This document shows, piece after piece, positions 1 to 13,300 of a stretch of 64,000 nucleotides of DNA. The notes beneath the pieces were generated by a model that saw only the letters and a list, made by a program, of their open reading frames with translations, ran no database searches and was not told where the DNA came from. This stretch comes from Eledone cirrhosa. Lineage: Eukaryota. The stretch is from positions 240,374,001 to 240,438,000 of the forward strand of contig OZ024743.1 of the NCBI GenBank assembly GCA_964016885.1. Direction: 5' to 3'. The position numbers and the translations under genes were made by a program. Every line of letters begins with the position of its first letter. Within the stretch, counting starts at the first letter, position 1.

Positions 1-33
1 AAAATAAAATGAAGAAAACTAGATATAAATGTG

Positions 34-205
34 TAGACGTTGCTCTGTGGTTAGGAAGTTTGATTTGCAACTACAAGTTTCAAAGTTTGATCCCACTGTG
101 TGACACATTAGATAAGCAGTATATTTTACTGTAGTATATCTTGGAATAACCAGTTACTTGTGAGAGGAATTTGGTAAATAGAACCTGAGTAGAAAGAAGC
201 CCAAC
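34..205 (+). mobile_element. Degenerate tRNA-derived SINE
   Basis: A-box-like ctgtggttagg and B-box-like agtttgatccc, followed by SINE body and TA tail. Confidence 0.5.
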
Positions 206-214
206 ATATATATA

Positions 215-700
215 ACATTTATCCCAAAAGTAAGAATACTGATGTTTTATATAAATGTATATCAGACATACAAGAAATTACAAGTTATAGCCTTCAAAAT
301 ACAACCCTTGGAAAGTCACAAAGTGGCTCCGACATTTTTCCAGTGATCATAGCAGTACCAGCAGTAATTGTCAGTAAGTATCCTTAGATTGTCAGTTACA
401 ATTTTTGTATGTTTTCCATAGTCCCAAAATGATGACCCATCAACTTCGATTTCAATTTAGGGAAGAAGTAGAATTCACATGGAGCTAGATCTGGGCTGTA
501 GGGAGGATGTGGAAGAATGGGAATGTTTTTCTTTGCTGGAAATTCTCTAATTGAATGGGCTATGTGAGTAGGCACGTTATTGTGGTGCAGTACCCAATCT
601 CCTGCAATGTCCTTTTGGACTCACTGGACCTGTTTTTGAAGCTGTTCCAAGACATCTATTGTAGAAGGTGTGATTAACTGTCTTTCCTGGAGGTAAACAT
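215..700 (-). mobile_element. Degraded mariner-like transposon remnant
   Basis: ggagctagatctgggctgtagggagg reads on minus as PPYSPDLAP, a mariner transposase motif; broken by stops; boundaries approximate. Confidence 0.6.
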
Positions 701-1499
701 ACCATAGTTGTCAAAAAAAAACATTGGCAATCATCATTTTCATCCTGGATCATCCACTTACCCATTATTTCTAAGCCTGTTCTAGACACTGAATCAATAT
801 AATTATTATTATTATTATTATTTTGTTTTTGTATGACTCTTGATATAAAATCATGTGTTGAAACATAGTTATACATTTTAAGGGTTATACTGCCAACACA
901 GGAACACACACCATTTGATTTTCATTTTAGTTTATTATTAGTGTAACTAATCCATTCATCAGTAAGTTTAGTAACTAGATGATTGTTTAATAATTGTCAT
1001 GTTAATTATCAAAGACCTATTGCCACACATACTGTAACTTCCTCAATGACTATTCTTGTTATTTTGTGTCTCCTTTTTGTTTTATTTTACTCCATCTTGT
1101 CTTTTTGAGGTGTGTTTCTGGTCTGTGCATACATGTGCATTTCTGTGCATGTGTAGCTACTTCTATGAGCGTCAGAGTTTAAAATGTGTATATGTGTGTC
1201 TTTATGTCACCTTTCTCCTCCAAGTCCTTGTGTGTTTATGTGTGTCTTTTCCTTGTCTCTCTTGCCCGTCACCATGTAGTTGTTATTGTAATTTGTTTTT
1301 GTATTCTATATGTGTCCATGTTTGGAAAGTCTGCCTGTTTATCTTACATTTGTTCTTTTGTGTCCTCAGTTACTATGTTGTGGTATTGTTGTTATTTCAT
1401 TCATGATTTCTATTTAGTTTCAGTTTATGTCCAGTTGCTTCTGTGATCTGTCTGAACATTACACCTGTTCAGTGTGTAGATATAATTTTTATTTCAATG

Positions 1500-2040
1500 C
1501 TTTTTAGTGAAACCCCATGTTCTAGTTTGGTATGTTGGTAGAGCACTGATGAGTTTTTCTCGTCTCAGAATATTTGCCAACATTCTTTCATCCTTTTTCC
1601 TATACTGCAAACTATCTCACCTATATATGTCATGGCCCTATTTCTACCTGGTCCCTTTATGCTTCTTTAAACTACATTTCTAATTTTGCAGTCCATCTGT
1701 GGGCTTAGTTTGCAAATTATACAGTTCCTATCAGTACATAAGATTTTCTTAAACGGGCAAGTTTTGCCAATCAGGACTTTTATGAGAAAACCTTGCTTTT
1801 CTACAATCTTAATTCATCTAAAGCCCTTCTAAATCTATATGTAACTCTGGGGCTAGTATCAATGAAAATCATACTCTGGTATTTTTTGCTGTCATACTAC
1901 GAATTGATCTTTTCTATCTTCTTGATTCTCACAGTTCTATTCTACGATTTGCTCATATACATGGGACATACTCCATTCACATAATATCTATAACATATGT
2001 GCCATGAGTCTGTGCAGCATTGCAATTTCTATTATATTAA
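1500..2040 (-). mobile_element. Penelope-like element remnant (GIY-YIG endonuclease)
   Basis: Minus translation DCKIRNVV*...TYIGEIVCSIGKRMKE resembles the GIY-YIG NVVY...YIGE...R.KEH motif. Confidence 0.5.
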
Positions 2041-2384
2041 GAATACTCTTTTTAATATATACACAATGCCTAGGAGGGCTATTTTCTATATGCAGTATAT
2101 ATTTGTAAGTCCTGCAGTTTTGGTTATGTATCTACCTATGTATTTTTTTTATTGTATTGTATTATCTTAACTATAATAAAGAAAGGAGCGCAGAACTGCG
2201 TCCAGAACATATTTTTTTACCCATTTGTAAAATAAGTTGGATTACTTTGAATAAATATTACATAATTTATGTGCTAAATTTCGTGGCTGTTGATTAAATA
2301 TATTTTATAACTTATTTAAAGATTCACTTCTTTAAAATTTTCAAATGACAACACTTCCGGTTAGCGGCCGTTATATTATAACAC

Positions 2385-2570
2385 AGAGCGGTGGATTGGC
2401 AGTATCGGTAGAGGGTCGGACGCCATGCTTTTCAGCATAGTTACGTCCCTTTGCGATCTGAGTTCAAATCCCGCCGAGGTTGACTTTGCCTTTCATCCTT
2501 ACGGGGTCGATAAAATAAAGTACCAGTAATGCACTGGGTGATTGCTGGCCTTGTGCCTAAAGTAGAAACA
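2385..2570 (+). mobile_element. Young ~185-bp tRNA-derived SINE with target-site duplication
   Basis: tggcagtatcggtagag...gagttcaaatccc...cggggtcgataaaataaagtaccagt...agaaaca; flanked by repeat gttatattataacac; many near-identical copies in window. Confidence 0.85.
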
Positions 2571-2813
2571 GTTATATTATAACACTTATAAAAATATTGC
2601 ATATATTTCCGTCGCTAATTTTCTCCTAATGCAGTTTATATTTAATATCGTCTTTTTTTAAATGTGTCATGTATTACTTTACTGATTACATAAGACAGTG
2701 TAACATAGAGTTCATTCAATTTCTGTGTATATTGTCAATTACGATTTTATTTGATGTATCATATCTACATGCATATATATTTGTGTTTAATATCAATATA
2801 CACACTACACATG

Positions 2814-2850
2814 CTAGCAGAAAACCACCCTAGGGTGGTTTTTCTGCTAG
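2814..2850. repeat. Short palindrome/hairpin just downstream of exon G donor
   Basis: ctagcagaaaaccaccctagggtggtttttctgctag is nearly self-complementary. Confidence 0.8.
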
Positions 2851-2883
2851 TTATTATAATTATTTTTATTATTATTATCATAC

Positions 2884-3030
2884 CTGCTGCCTGTTCAAAT
2901 CTTGTAAATGTATTCACTCCATATAATGAAGATTTCCAGTGGTTTTGACATTTGTCAATAGACTGCCACAGAATCCATCTCATTTCCAGTGTGTCCATTT
3001 GTTCCAATGCACACGTTGAATGGCACTGAC
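2884..3030 (-). CDS. Avidin-like gene exon G (147 nt): C-terminal part of domain 2
   Basis: Acceptor ctttctctacttccag, donor GCAG|GTATGA, phase 1/1; encodes GQCHSTCALEQMDTLEMRWILWQSIDKCQNHWKSSLYGVNTFTRFEQAA. Confidence 0.92.
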
Positions 3031-6000
3031 CTGGAAGTAGAGAAAGTTTTAATTAGAACAAAAACAACATCTCTCTCTAGAATTCACATGCATTATCCTT
3101 ATTATATTATTCTGTTCATGAAATATTGTGTTTATGTGGATTAGATGGCCTATGAAATGCTGAAATATGCTTATTATATGGATTAGATAGCCTATTAAAT
3201 ATTGAAATATGCTTATTATGTGGATTAGATAGCCTATTAAATGTTGAAATATGCTTATTATGTGGTATATCAGAAAGACTGGTCTGAATACTTTCAAAAT
3301 TGTTTATTTACTGTATATACTCATATATAAGCCAAGAAATATGTGACAAAAAAAATCAATGGTAAAATGGGAGAGGGAGTCAACATATTTGAGGTCAATA
3401 TTTTGCCTATTTTCACCAACTTCAAATTCTACGTGAATAAAGGGCTAAAATATCTGGAGTGATTATTTTAGAATGAAACATTTTTGGGGGGCTTTTTTAC
3501 AACATCGTCATTTATGTTATTCATGTATTCCCTTGAAAATATTTCCAACAAATTTTTATAATTTGAACTTTTTAATACATAATACACACACGCCAACTCA
3601 CTTAATACTTTTTCTCTCAATCTTCTGTAAGATTAAAATCTTACTTCTGATTTGAATTATATTATTCGCACTCCTCACTCTGCCTCTCCACTCTCTTGCT
3701 TGATGTATCTCCCTCCCTATACAAAGTTTTCTTATTCAATCTCTCGCTTTCAATTACTCCCAGCATGTAAGTGGCCAGAAATAAACAAAAATTCAAGAAA
3801 CTTGTTGAAACTATAAAACAGATGGAATGATATAAAAGGATTATGTAGTGGAGTAGTGAAATAAAAACTAAACTCTAAATGACACTTAAAACATCAACAT
3901 TTTAAAACGTTATAAATATATTTTATACTCATGAGAATTTCAAAACAAACCATCTAAACATAATGTGTTGATTAGCTGCCACAGCTTATAAATGGGGTTT
4001 GGATTTTTTCCCATTTTTCAAACATAAAATAGAGGTTGGCTTATATTTGGATCGACTTAAATTCGAGTATATACAGTAATTCACTGTGCATCTGCTTACA
4101 CTTAGGCAAGTTAGAGCTCAGCTAAATCCAATAAATGTAACTGAGTTATCTCCCTTACACTTGACTCGTATTTGATCTTCGTCCATCTTTCGATTCTTAC
4201 AAATATTCGATACCGTTTCAACCAACCAAAGTAGTACACGTTGCTGTTTTTGTTTAACCACAGGTTAACTTTCATCCAGTAGCCCTATGATCAAAGATAT
4301 ACCAGTCGTTAACTTCCTTCACATCTCTAAGGCATTGCATCCAATATGTCCTTTCTTTTTCAGGAGGGTTGATATGGTTTTGGTGAAATTTGGTTACTAT
4401 TTCTAGCAGGTTAAACAACCATATAGACGTTTCTTTCTTGACTCTATAACTATTATTTGTTCATGTTGTCATCATTCAGCTCTTAGTCTGAATACTTTCT
4501 GCAGAAAATACACCACTAAAGGCACCTAAAGACCAGGTTGTAAAGTTAAACCTGGTCACAGATTAAGTCTAATTGGAATTTGTGCTGGTACAATTTTTAT
4601 CAACCTCGAAAGGATGAAAAGTTAAGTTGTCTTTGGTGGGTTTTGCACTCAGAGTGCAAAGAGCTTGAACAAACACTACAAAGCATTATATCAAACTTTG
4701 TAACAACTCTGCCCATTTGTGCCTATTTGATAACCTATATTCATTGCATAGCTTACCTTTACTTACTGTAATTAGCTTACCTGTATATATCATGAATATC
4801 TCTTTTGTATTTACTGTGAATAGTTCAGCTGTATTTATTGTGAATAGCTCATAAGTATTTACTGCATATAAATCACCTGTATTTAATATGTATAGCACCT
4901 GTATTTACTGTGTATAGCTCACCTGTATATACTATGATTAGCTCACCTACATTTACTGTGTATAACGCCTCTATTTATTGTGACAAACTCACCTGCATTT
5001 AAAGTGATTAGCTCACTTGTATTTTGTATGATTAACTTACCTACATTTAGTGTGATTATCTTACCTCTATTTAGTGTGATTATCTTACCTGCATTTAGTA
5101 TGATTATCTTACCTGCATTTAGTATGATTATCTTACCTGCATTTAGTATGATTATCTTACCTGCATTTAGTATGATTATCTTACCTGCATTTAGTGTGAT
5201 TATCTTACCTGCATTTAGTATGATTATCTTACCTGCATTTAGTATGATTATCTTACCTGCATTTAGTATGATTATCTTACCTGCATTTAGTATGATTATC
5301 TTACCTGCATTTAGTATGATTATCTTACCTGCATTTAGTGTGATTATCTTACCTGCATTTAGTGTGATTATCTTACCTGTATTTAGTGTGTTTATTTTAC
5401 TTGTATTTAGGGTCATTAACACACCTTTAATTAGTGTGTTTACTCACCTACAAATCCAGTTACTGATTCACCGTTTCTCCATACTACATGGAATCCAAAT
5501 GTTGAGTTTGGTTCATGGAAATTACTGATGCCGTGGACAAGGGAGTGGGTATGTCCTGCAGCTCCTCTATTTCGTTCCACAGCAGTACGGTACTCACCTA
5601 AAATACAAGACATACATATATCATCATCGTTTTTACATCAACTTTTCCATGCTGGCATGGGTTGGACAGGACTTTTTGAAGCAATGTTTTACAGCCAGAC
5701 AACCTTCCTGACGCTAACTCTTATAGTCACCTCTTATGATGTACAGGAATACTGTATACCTATTCTAAACTGGATATATATATATATATATAATCATCAT
5801 CATCACCATCATCGATTAACGTCTATCTTCCATGTGCTAGCATGGGTTAGACAGGTCCCATTTAGAGGCAAGTTGGGTTGGGTGACCACGTCTCGCTCAT
5901 ATAGGGGTGTTTCTGGCTGGTTTTCTATGGCTGGATGCCCTTTCTAACGCCAAATATATATATATAAATACATAGAGCAATGTCACTCATACATTCAGCC

Positions 6001-9000
6001 TCCAGCCTACAAACGTACTGTCTCTACTCCCTCTCTCTTCTTCCACTATTACACTGCTCTCTGCTACACAAAGCTTGCTGGTCTACTACCACCTACACCT
6101 CCAAGCACCCTAAAATCCCTCTTCTCTTCTCATGACCAATATTGTATTTGCCCAAGAACTAGTCAAGCTGCTACAATAAGAAGTTCAATTTGCAAATACA
6201 AGGTCCTGGGTTCTAACCCTACACTTGTCACTGTAAATAGTCATTTCTCCAAAGTTATCCATTTAATACTGCATATCATTTGTACTTGCATGCTGAACAT
6301 TTATGTAATTATGTCCAAGAAATTAATTATTAAAATATTTTTATCGTTAATCATGTGAAAACCATTAATTTATCAAAATTCAAATTTTACAGTTCATATA
6401 GTCAGTAATCTTGGTATACATGATATACCAACCCCCAAATTAAATATATGACATACCAACCTCAAAATTATGTATATGACATACCAACCCCCAAATTAAG
6501 TACATGACACATCAACCCCAAAATTAGATACTATTGCTGTCATTATTGACAACATGGCTCCACTAGTACACATTAACATTGCAAAAGAAACAAAAGAAAA
6601 ACAGACCACAAACTACAGCACTTGAGGAGGGTGGAGTGATTTTCATACACTCACACACACACACTAATGACTTATTTGATGGGATCATTCGAGAGTGCTG
6701 ATGTATATAAGAAATTTCCTGACTTCCATATGGGTCTATACCATGAAAATGGTCTGATATTATTGAGCATTATAAGTGGCCATGACCTCGACAAATTTAA
6801 AAAAAAATTCAATAACTGCCTTTAGCAATCTAGGACTAAATATTCCTTTTCTACCATACTCCATCAGTGAAAAACTTAGGTAGATTCACAAGGATTCTCA
6901 TCACCCACCCTAAAAAATCTCATCCATAATATCAGCAAGAGAGTAGCCAACCTCTCTTCTACAACACAGCCCTAAACAGTAGCAGCTTCTTCAAGAAGAT
7001 CTCTTACTCTCCAGATCATCACCCCATATCTAGCAAGAAAAAATCTAGCCATAAAGCAGTCATGTAGTTTGTGCCACTTTTCATTCTCAATGTTATAACT
7101 AACATAGGCAGATAATTCCTAGCACATTTGAAAGCAAACTTCCCTGTAGGCCATAAATACCAGTAGATTTTAACTACCACACAGTGAAAATAGGCTACTC
7201 ATGTACTAAAAACATGAAATCCCACATCACCAATAAGAACCTTCCACCTTCCAGATGATGCTCATGCAGAAGGCCAAAAAACATGTCCCCTCAACCAACA
7301 GTGCAACACTCCATTGGATATATATGAAGCAAAAGTAACCTCCACCAACCAGAACCACCTAACAGAAGCTTGGACTTATGTAGGTATGTCAGAGAGCCAT
7401 TTCCAAAGGTGTTTCCTGAACCACAAAACATCCTTCAGAAATCCAGACAAAAAACATACCACATGTTGAACCTCAGAGAAAATGGCACAGCATTCTCCAT
7501 AAAATGGAGGATAATGGATATTTCCACCCCCTAACTCAATGGAGCAAAATCTTGTCAGTTATGCTGCATGGAAGAGTCAAATATAAACTTACAACTGTCT
7601 TTTAATAAACACTGCCTAAATAGACAACTGGATTTTTGCAATCAATGCCCAAACAAATCTAAATTCTTTCCAAAGAGATTGTCTAGGCCCAACTAAAACT
7701 TTTGGATTTTCGAATTAAAATTTGTTCTCTCAATGAACACAAATTAACCCATTTCTTGTTACAATTATCCCCTATACATACTGTAATTTATTTAACTAAT
7801 TGGAATTTTCAGGATTCCCTGCCCTTAGAACTCTCCTATACCATGAACACCCTCAGAAGTACTCCATGACAATATGGTAGACTGAATGAGATGGAGTAAT
7901 AACCCAACAAAACGTAAGTATCTGCATATGCTGCTGTTGAAACTGATTTTATATATATATATATATATATATACATACAAAATAGTGTTAAGACAGAGTT
8001 ACTTTTTCATAATTGTGTTACAATTATGTAAAAGTAACACTGTCTTAACATTTCGTAAATGGAAACTCCGTCACACCTAATTATTAACATTTGCTGGGGA
8101 TATACTACTGATATGGAGCGATTTGGGACTGCTTAAACAGGTTTATTCTTGCAGCATTACAAGATAACTTCCACAGATAAGCACCCTAATTATCTGCATT
8201 ATATATATAGAGAGAGAAATAGATAGATATCATCATCAACACCATTTTAATGTCTGCTTTCCTTGCTAACTAGACTTAGAGGCTACTGATCTCCCAGACA
8301 AGACAGAGAACCGTGTCTCACTTATGTATGGTCTTACATTCTAGTGAGTGCACAGGACAGGTTGTCATGTCTTTGACACAATTGCAGGTCCTCCCAACCC
8401 TTTGTTTGGCAAGCTTTCTACAGCTGGATACCCATCCTATCATCAATAACTTTACAGCATGTACTGGGTGCGTTTATCATGTAGGTCACCAAACACTAGG
8501 GAAGCTGTCATGTCCTTAACATGATTGAAGAGGAGGCTTCCCAACCCTTTGCTTGGCAAACCCTCCATGGTTGGATGCCCTTCCTATCACCAACCACTTC
8601 ACAAGGAGGCATCAGCTAAAAATGTGTGTGGCTGGGGGGGCATGGGTATGTGTGGTGAGGGTGCATTGTGATTTTCAGAATAGTTGTTACTGGTGGTAGT
8701 GGAAACGGGAGGGATGTGGGAGTAGGTCAGGCCACATTGTATCTTGGAGGTCAGGTCTTCTTCAGCATTGCATAGCGTCAGCTCTGTGTTTTTTAAGTCA
8801 TTTCTGTTGTGAAGTTTAGTTTTTTAAGGTTAGTTTTCACAACCTTATCACATTTCTTCCTGAATTTGTCTCTTCTACAGGTCCCAGCCACTGGGGTTTC
8901 TCTACATTCTATTTATACAGCTGTTGTCTTTTATGCGATTCATATATCCATACTAACACAGTCTTCTCTTTTGTACAGTGCATCCAATTCCACTTATGCC

Positions 9001-10322
9001 AAGTTTTTCCTTCAGTTTGCTTATGCTATGTCGTTCATGCACACATGCTCACTAACATTAAACATCCATAGGAGCATACTTGACATTTCTTTCTAGTCTC
9101 TGCAGATCTTTTGCAGTCAAGACCCATGTTTCACTGTCATGTAACATTGCAGTTTGCACACAGGCATCATATAATCTACCCTTTAGTATGAAAGAAAAGC
9201 ATCTTGTTATTAGCAGTGGTAACGATAGATCTCTAGACTTCTTCCAGCCTGTTATTATCCTAGCTATCACACTTTAAGCCCATAATTCCATCACCTAGGT
9301 AGCGAAAGCTGTCAGTAACTTATATGGAGCCCTCCTAGCAGCTGAAGGAATCCATTTCACATATGTTCATTGTGCTCACTTCCCTTGTGTATCTGCCACA
9401 TGTAAAGTCTATCTTTTCCATTAACCTATCTGCAATCCTACTACATCTCTTGTGCATCCATAATTTACATAGTGTACACCTTATGGAATTTCTGCCCACC
9501 CTTTTCTGATATATCAAACAAGGCCACTTTCCTGATGGTATCACCTTCCTGTCATCTTTCCTACTTATTAAGGCTTTTGTCTTCACTAAATTTACTTTTA
9601 GGCCTTTTAACTCTAGGTTCTTCTTTCATGCTTGAAATTTTGCCTCTAACTCTCCTACAGATTCAGCTATGTGGTCTAGGTTGTCAACATGAGTGCCAGT
9701 TTTAAACTCCAAAGTGATGGCCTGAAGGACGATGACAAACAGGAGTGGGTTGAGAGCTGATCCCTGGTAGACTCCCACCTGCACTTCAAATTCATCACTG
9801 TACTCATTGCCAACTCTCACTCTACTGGTTGCAGCTCCTCTAAAGCATTCAACTACACTTAACTTCCTAAGTGCCCACCAGATTATAGAAAGCAGGACAC
9901 TGTCAAAGGCCTTCTCCAGACCTAGATACAGTAGCTCACTCTTAGGTTAGTACCTTCCCTGTAATGTCTCACCAGAAAGAGGGTATCATTAGTACCCCTA
10001 CCTGGCATAAAACAAAACTGCATCATACCCAGAGTTCTCCCCCTTGGGAGATTCGAAAATAATATTGTTATTGACAGGAGAATGGATTATGTAAACATGC
10101 TACTTCAGGAATACAAAGTCGCGATTTTAAAGACAGTAGGGATGTGATTCATGAAGTTTAAACTGTTACCCTGAGTAATATAACCGTGGGCACGTTTCGC
10201 TGTCCTATTGAACACAACGTAGGTTAATACGAAATTGCAATAACATTGTACTCCATGGCAGTGTTTTCGCCATTTTCTCTGCAGGATACATTTGATACAC
10301 ACTGCCAAGACTGGCGTATAGA

Positions 10323-10375
<53 letters not shown>

Positions 10376-13300
10376 TACCACCCAGATTGAAGTATACAAT
10401 GCTGACTGGGGTAAAGAGTCCGTCTCCCTCGCTCTCTCTCCATAGTCCATCTAGACTGGCATATTGAGTCTACCTCTCCCTCTCCATACACCATGGCGTA
10501 TAGAATCTACCGCTGGTGAGATATACCATCCAAACGGGCCCAATCCGCCTATCCTTCTCCATTTCCTTTTAGTTTCATTGCCAACATTATATAAATTAAG
10601 TCAAATTTGTTGAATAAAGTATGAATTTACACCATTGAAAAAAAAAGAAAATAAGTTCACTTTCAAGTGATGTGTGGTTATTCCTACAAATACTGTAATG
10701 TCATGATTGTATACTAGAAATATTTCTTTATTTAAAAAAAAATGCACATACATCAACATCTAAACTGTAAGCTGCTCTTGTCTGTTGTACATCTGTAAAG
10801 GACTGTTGTTTTGCGAAATTTGACTGATACGCTTAGTGAATGTAGCGACTTGAGTTGATGTCCGTTCGTCAAATAGATTTTAATGGATAGTTATCGGACA
10901 AGAGTTGTTTCCCTTGATTCTAAACAGAAGTCGGTAAATGTTGTCATTATTAAGTGAACACACGCGCTCAGACACACATTTATGCACACTCGCCCATAGT
11001 TACATCTTTTAGTAAACACATACAGTCACATCTAGCATATTTCACACACACACTACAACAAATAGATTTTAAAGAAACAAACACAGTCATGCAAAAGCTC
11101 AACAGTATGATGTCTGTGTATCTGAAGGCAAGTAAGAAGGTAGGTAGGTAAGTAAGTACGTAGTTAGGTAGATAAGGCAGTGCTTCAATTTCAGCAGTGC
11201 ATAGCAACCAGCCCTGACAGTAAAGTGTTCTGGAAGTATGTTCACTCAAAGCAGAGGCTTCACTCTCTCTCCAGTTGGTCCTCTTCGCAATCCCCACACA
11301 AGCCAGGTTACTGATACCCCAAGGATGTTGTTACGTACCTGCTTATCAAATGTGGTGGGTACTTCCTTCTGCACCAGCTATCACGCTTCTTCCAATTCTG
11401 TCTGAACAACAGTGCTACTCCAGAACAGTGGAAAACTGCCAGTGTCATTCCTCTGTTCAAAAAGGGGGACCGCACATCACCTGTGAACTATCGTCCAGTC
11501 AGTCTTACTAGCTGCATTGCCAAACTGATGGAATCCTGTGTCAGAGAAACGCTTTGGAACTTCTAGAACTCTCACAGTCTTATCCTCGCAATTTGGATTT
11601 ATCCCTAACTCCAGCTGCTGTGATCAACTTATCGAGTTTCTTGAAGACATCACCCGGATCACTGATAGCAGCTCATGGGTCGATGTTGTTTACCTGGACT
11701 TTGCTAAAGCTTTCAATTCTTTGCCACACAAAAGACTTATAGCAAATCTCTCTGCAATGGGTGTGAAGGATGATCTTTTTAACTGGTTGAAGTCCTTCAT
11801 TCTCAGTCGAAGAGAGGTAGTCACGGTTCTAGGACAGCATATGAGATGTCATCTGGTGTACCACAGGGATCTGTTCTTGGACCCCTTTTATTTGAGGCGT
11901 ATATTAATGACATAGATGCCAACTTAAAGAATGCCACAGTACTGAAATATTGATGACATCAAGCTGTACCTTGAGATAAAAAGGACAGATCCTGATCATT
12001 ATAGATCTTGCCTGCAATCTGACCAGGACACAATGCAACAATGGATCATGGACTGGCAACTCAAGCTAGCTGTGGACAAGTGTACCACCATGCATTTTGG
12101 GAGTAAAAATCCAGCATCCTCATACTCCCTCCACAACACTAATATCAAGAAGTCTTTCTTGTGAACGTGACCCGGGCATTACTGTCAGCAGCAATTTGCG
12201 TTGGACGAATCACGTCTCTAAAATTGTCAAGAAAGCCGAGGGTGTCTTCGCATCACTCAGCAAGACTTTTGTCAGCCGCTCTCCAGGTATCTATTTAAAG
12301 CTGTATATAGCTATGGTGCGGCCACACTTAGAATTTGCATCACCAGTCTGGAACCCCTATCTTGCTCAGAACATTGACCTCCAGGAAACTGTTCAGAGAC
12401 GTGTAACCAAGCGCATACCCTCCATCAGACACCTACCATACTCTGAACGCCTTGCTCTTCTGGGCATGGATTCATTGAAGCTCCGACATCTGGCAACTGA
12501 CTTGGTAAACACCCACAAAATTACTAACCATCTTGCCAACAACAACCCTGAGTACCTTTTTGATTTCCATGTGTCTAACACACGTGGGCATGCCCACAAA
12601 GTCAGAAAACAGCACAGCTCCCATGACTTTCGGAAACATTTTTTCACGCTCAGAGTTGCTGAAGCATGGAACAAACTACCTGCATCAGTTATTAGCTGTC
12701 GAGACACTGCATCCTTTAAAACCTCCATGCTTCCTGAAATTCGCTAACACTACACCTAATATTCCCCCTCCATACACACGCACACATGTATATCATGACT
12801 CTTACACTATTCACTTCCCTGACATTTGTATATTATTCTATGTACTATAGATGCACCTTTGACGAGTTGTAGTGCACCTGAGCACTGTACACAATAATTT
12901 CATTATTATAAGTAAGTAGGTATATAAACAACTACATCATCGGATGCAAACAAAGTCGCAGGTTTTATATCAGAGTGACCTCCTAGAGAGATGTCTTAAT
13001 GAAGACTAGGAGTCTGTAGCTCTACAAAAAAAAAAAAAGCTCTATTGGATATTCATTGATTCTCCTGAGTTTCTCCACCCTTTCACGGGTTTTGTTCTAC
13101 TTTTTAGGTAAATGCATTTGATGTTCAGAGAGAGGGCTTGGCCCCGCGCAAAGCTTTTCATCTCTTAAAAAAACTTCAATACAGGCAACGCTTGATATGC
13201 GACATTTTTTGTGATGCATGGTATTGCAAGTCCTTAGCAGGACTAAAAAACGACGTCCGTGATGCTCATGCTTAAGTATCTCGAAATTGAGTTGCAGCCA

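Noticed and set aside
577-629. Possible terminal exon GPVSPKGHCRRLGTAPQ* after aaaacag
   Set aside because: Phase fits and starts GP like the domain 1 tail, but there is no pyrimidine tract and it lies in a mariner remnant; the last exon is probably outside the window.
4943-5528. ORFs with 8-aa repeats (LNAGKIII / IILPAFSM)
   Set aside because: Artefact of the 24-bp minisatellite; separated from exon F by an in-frame stop.
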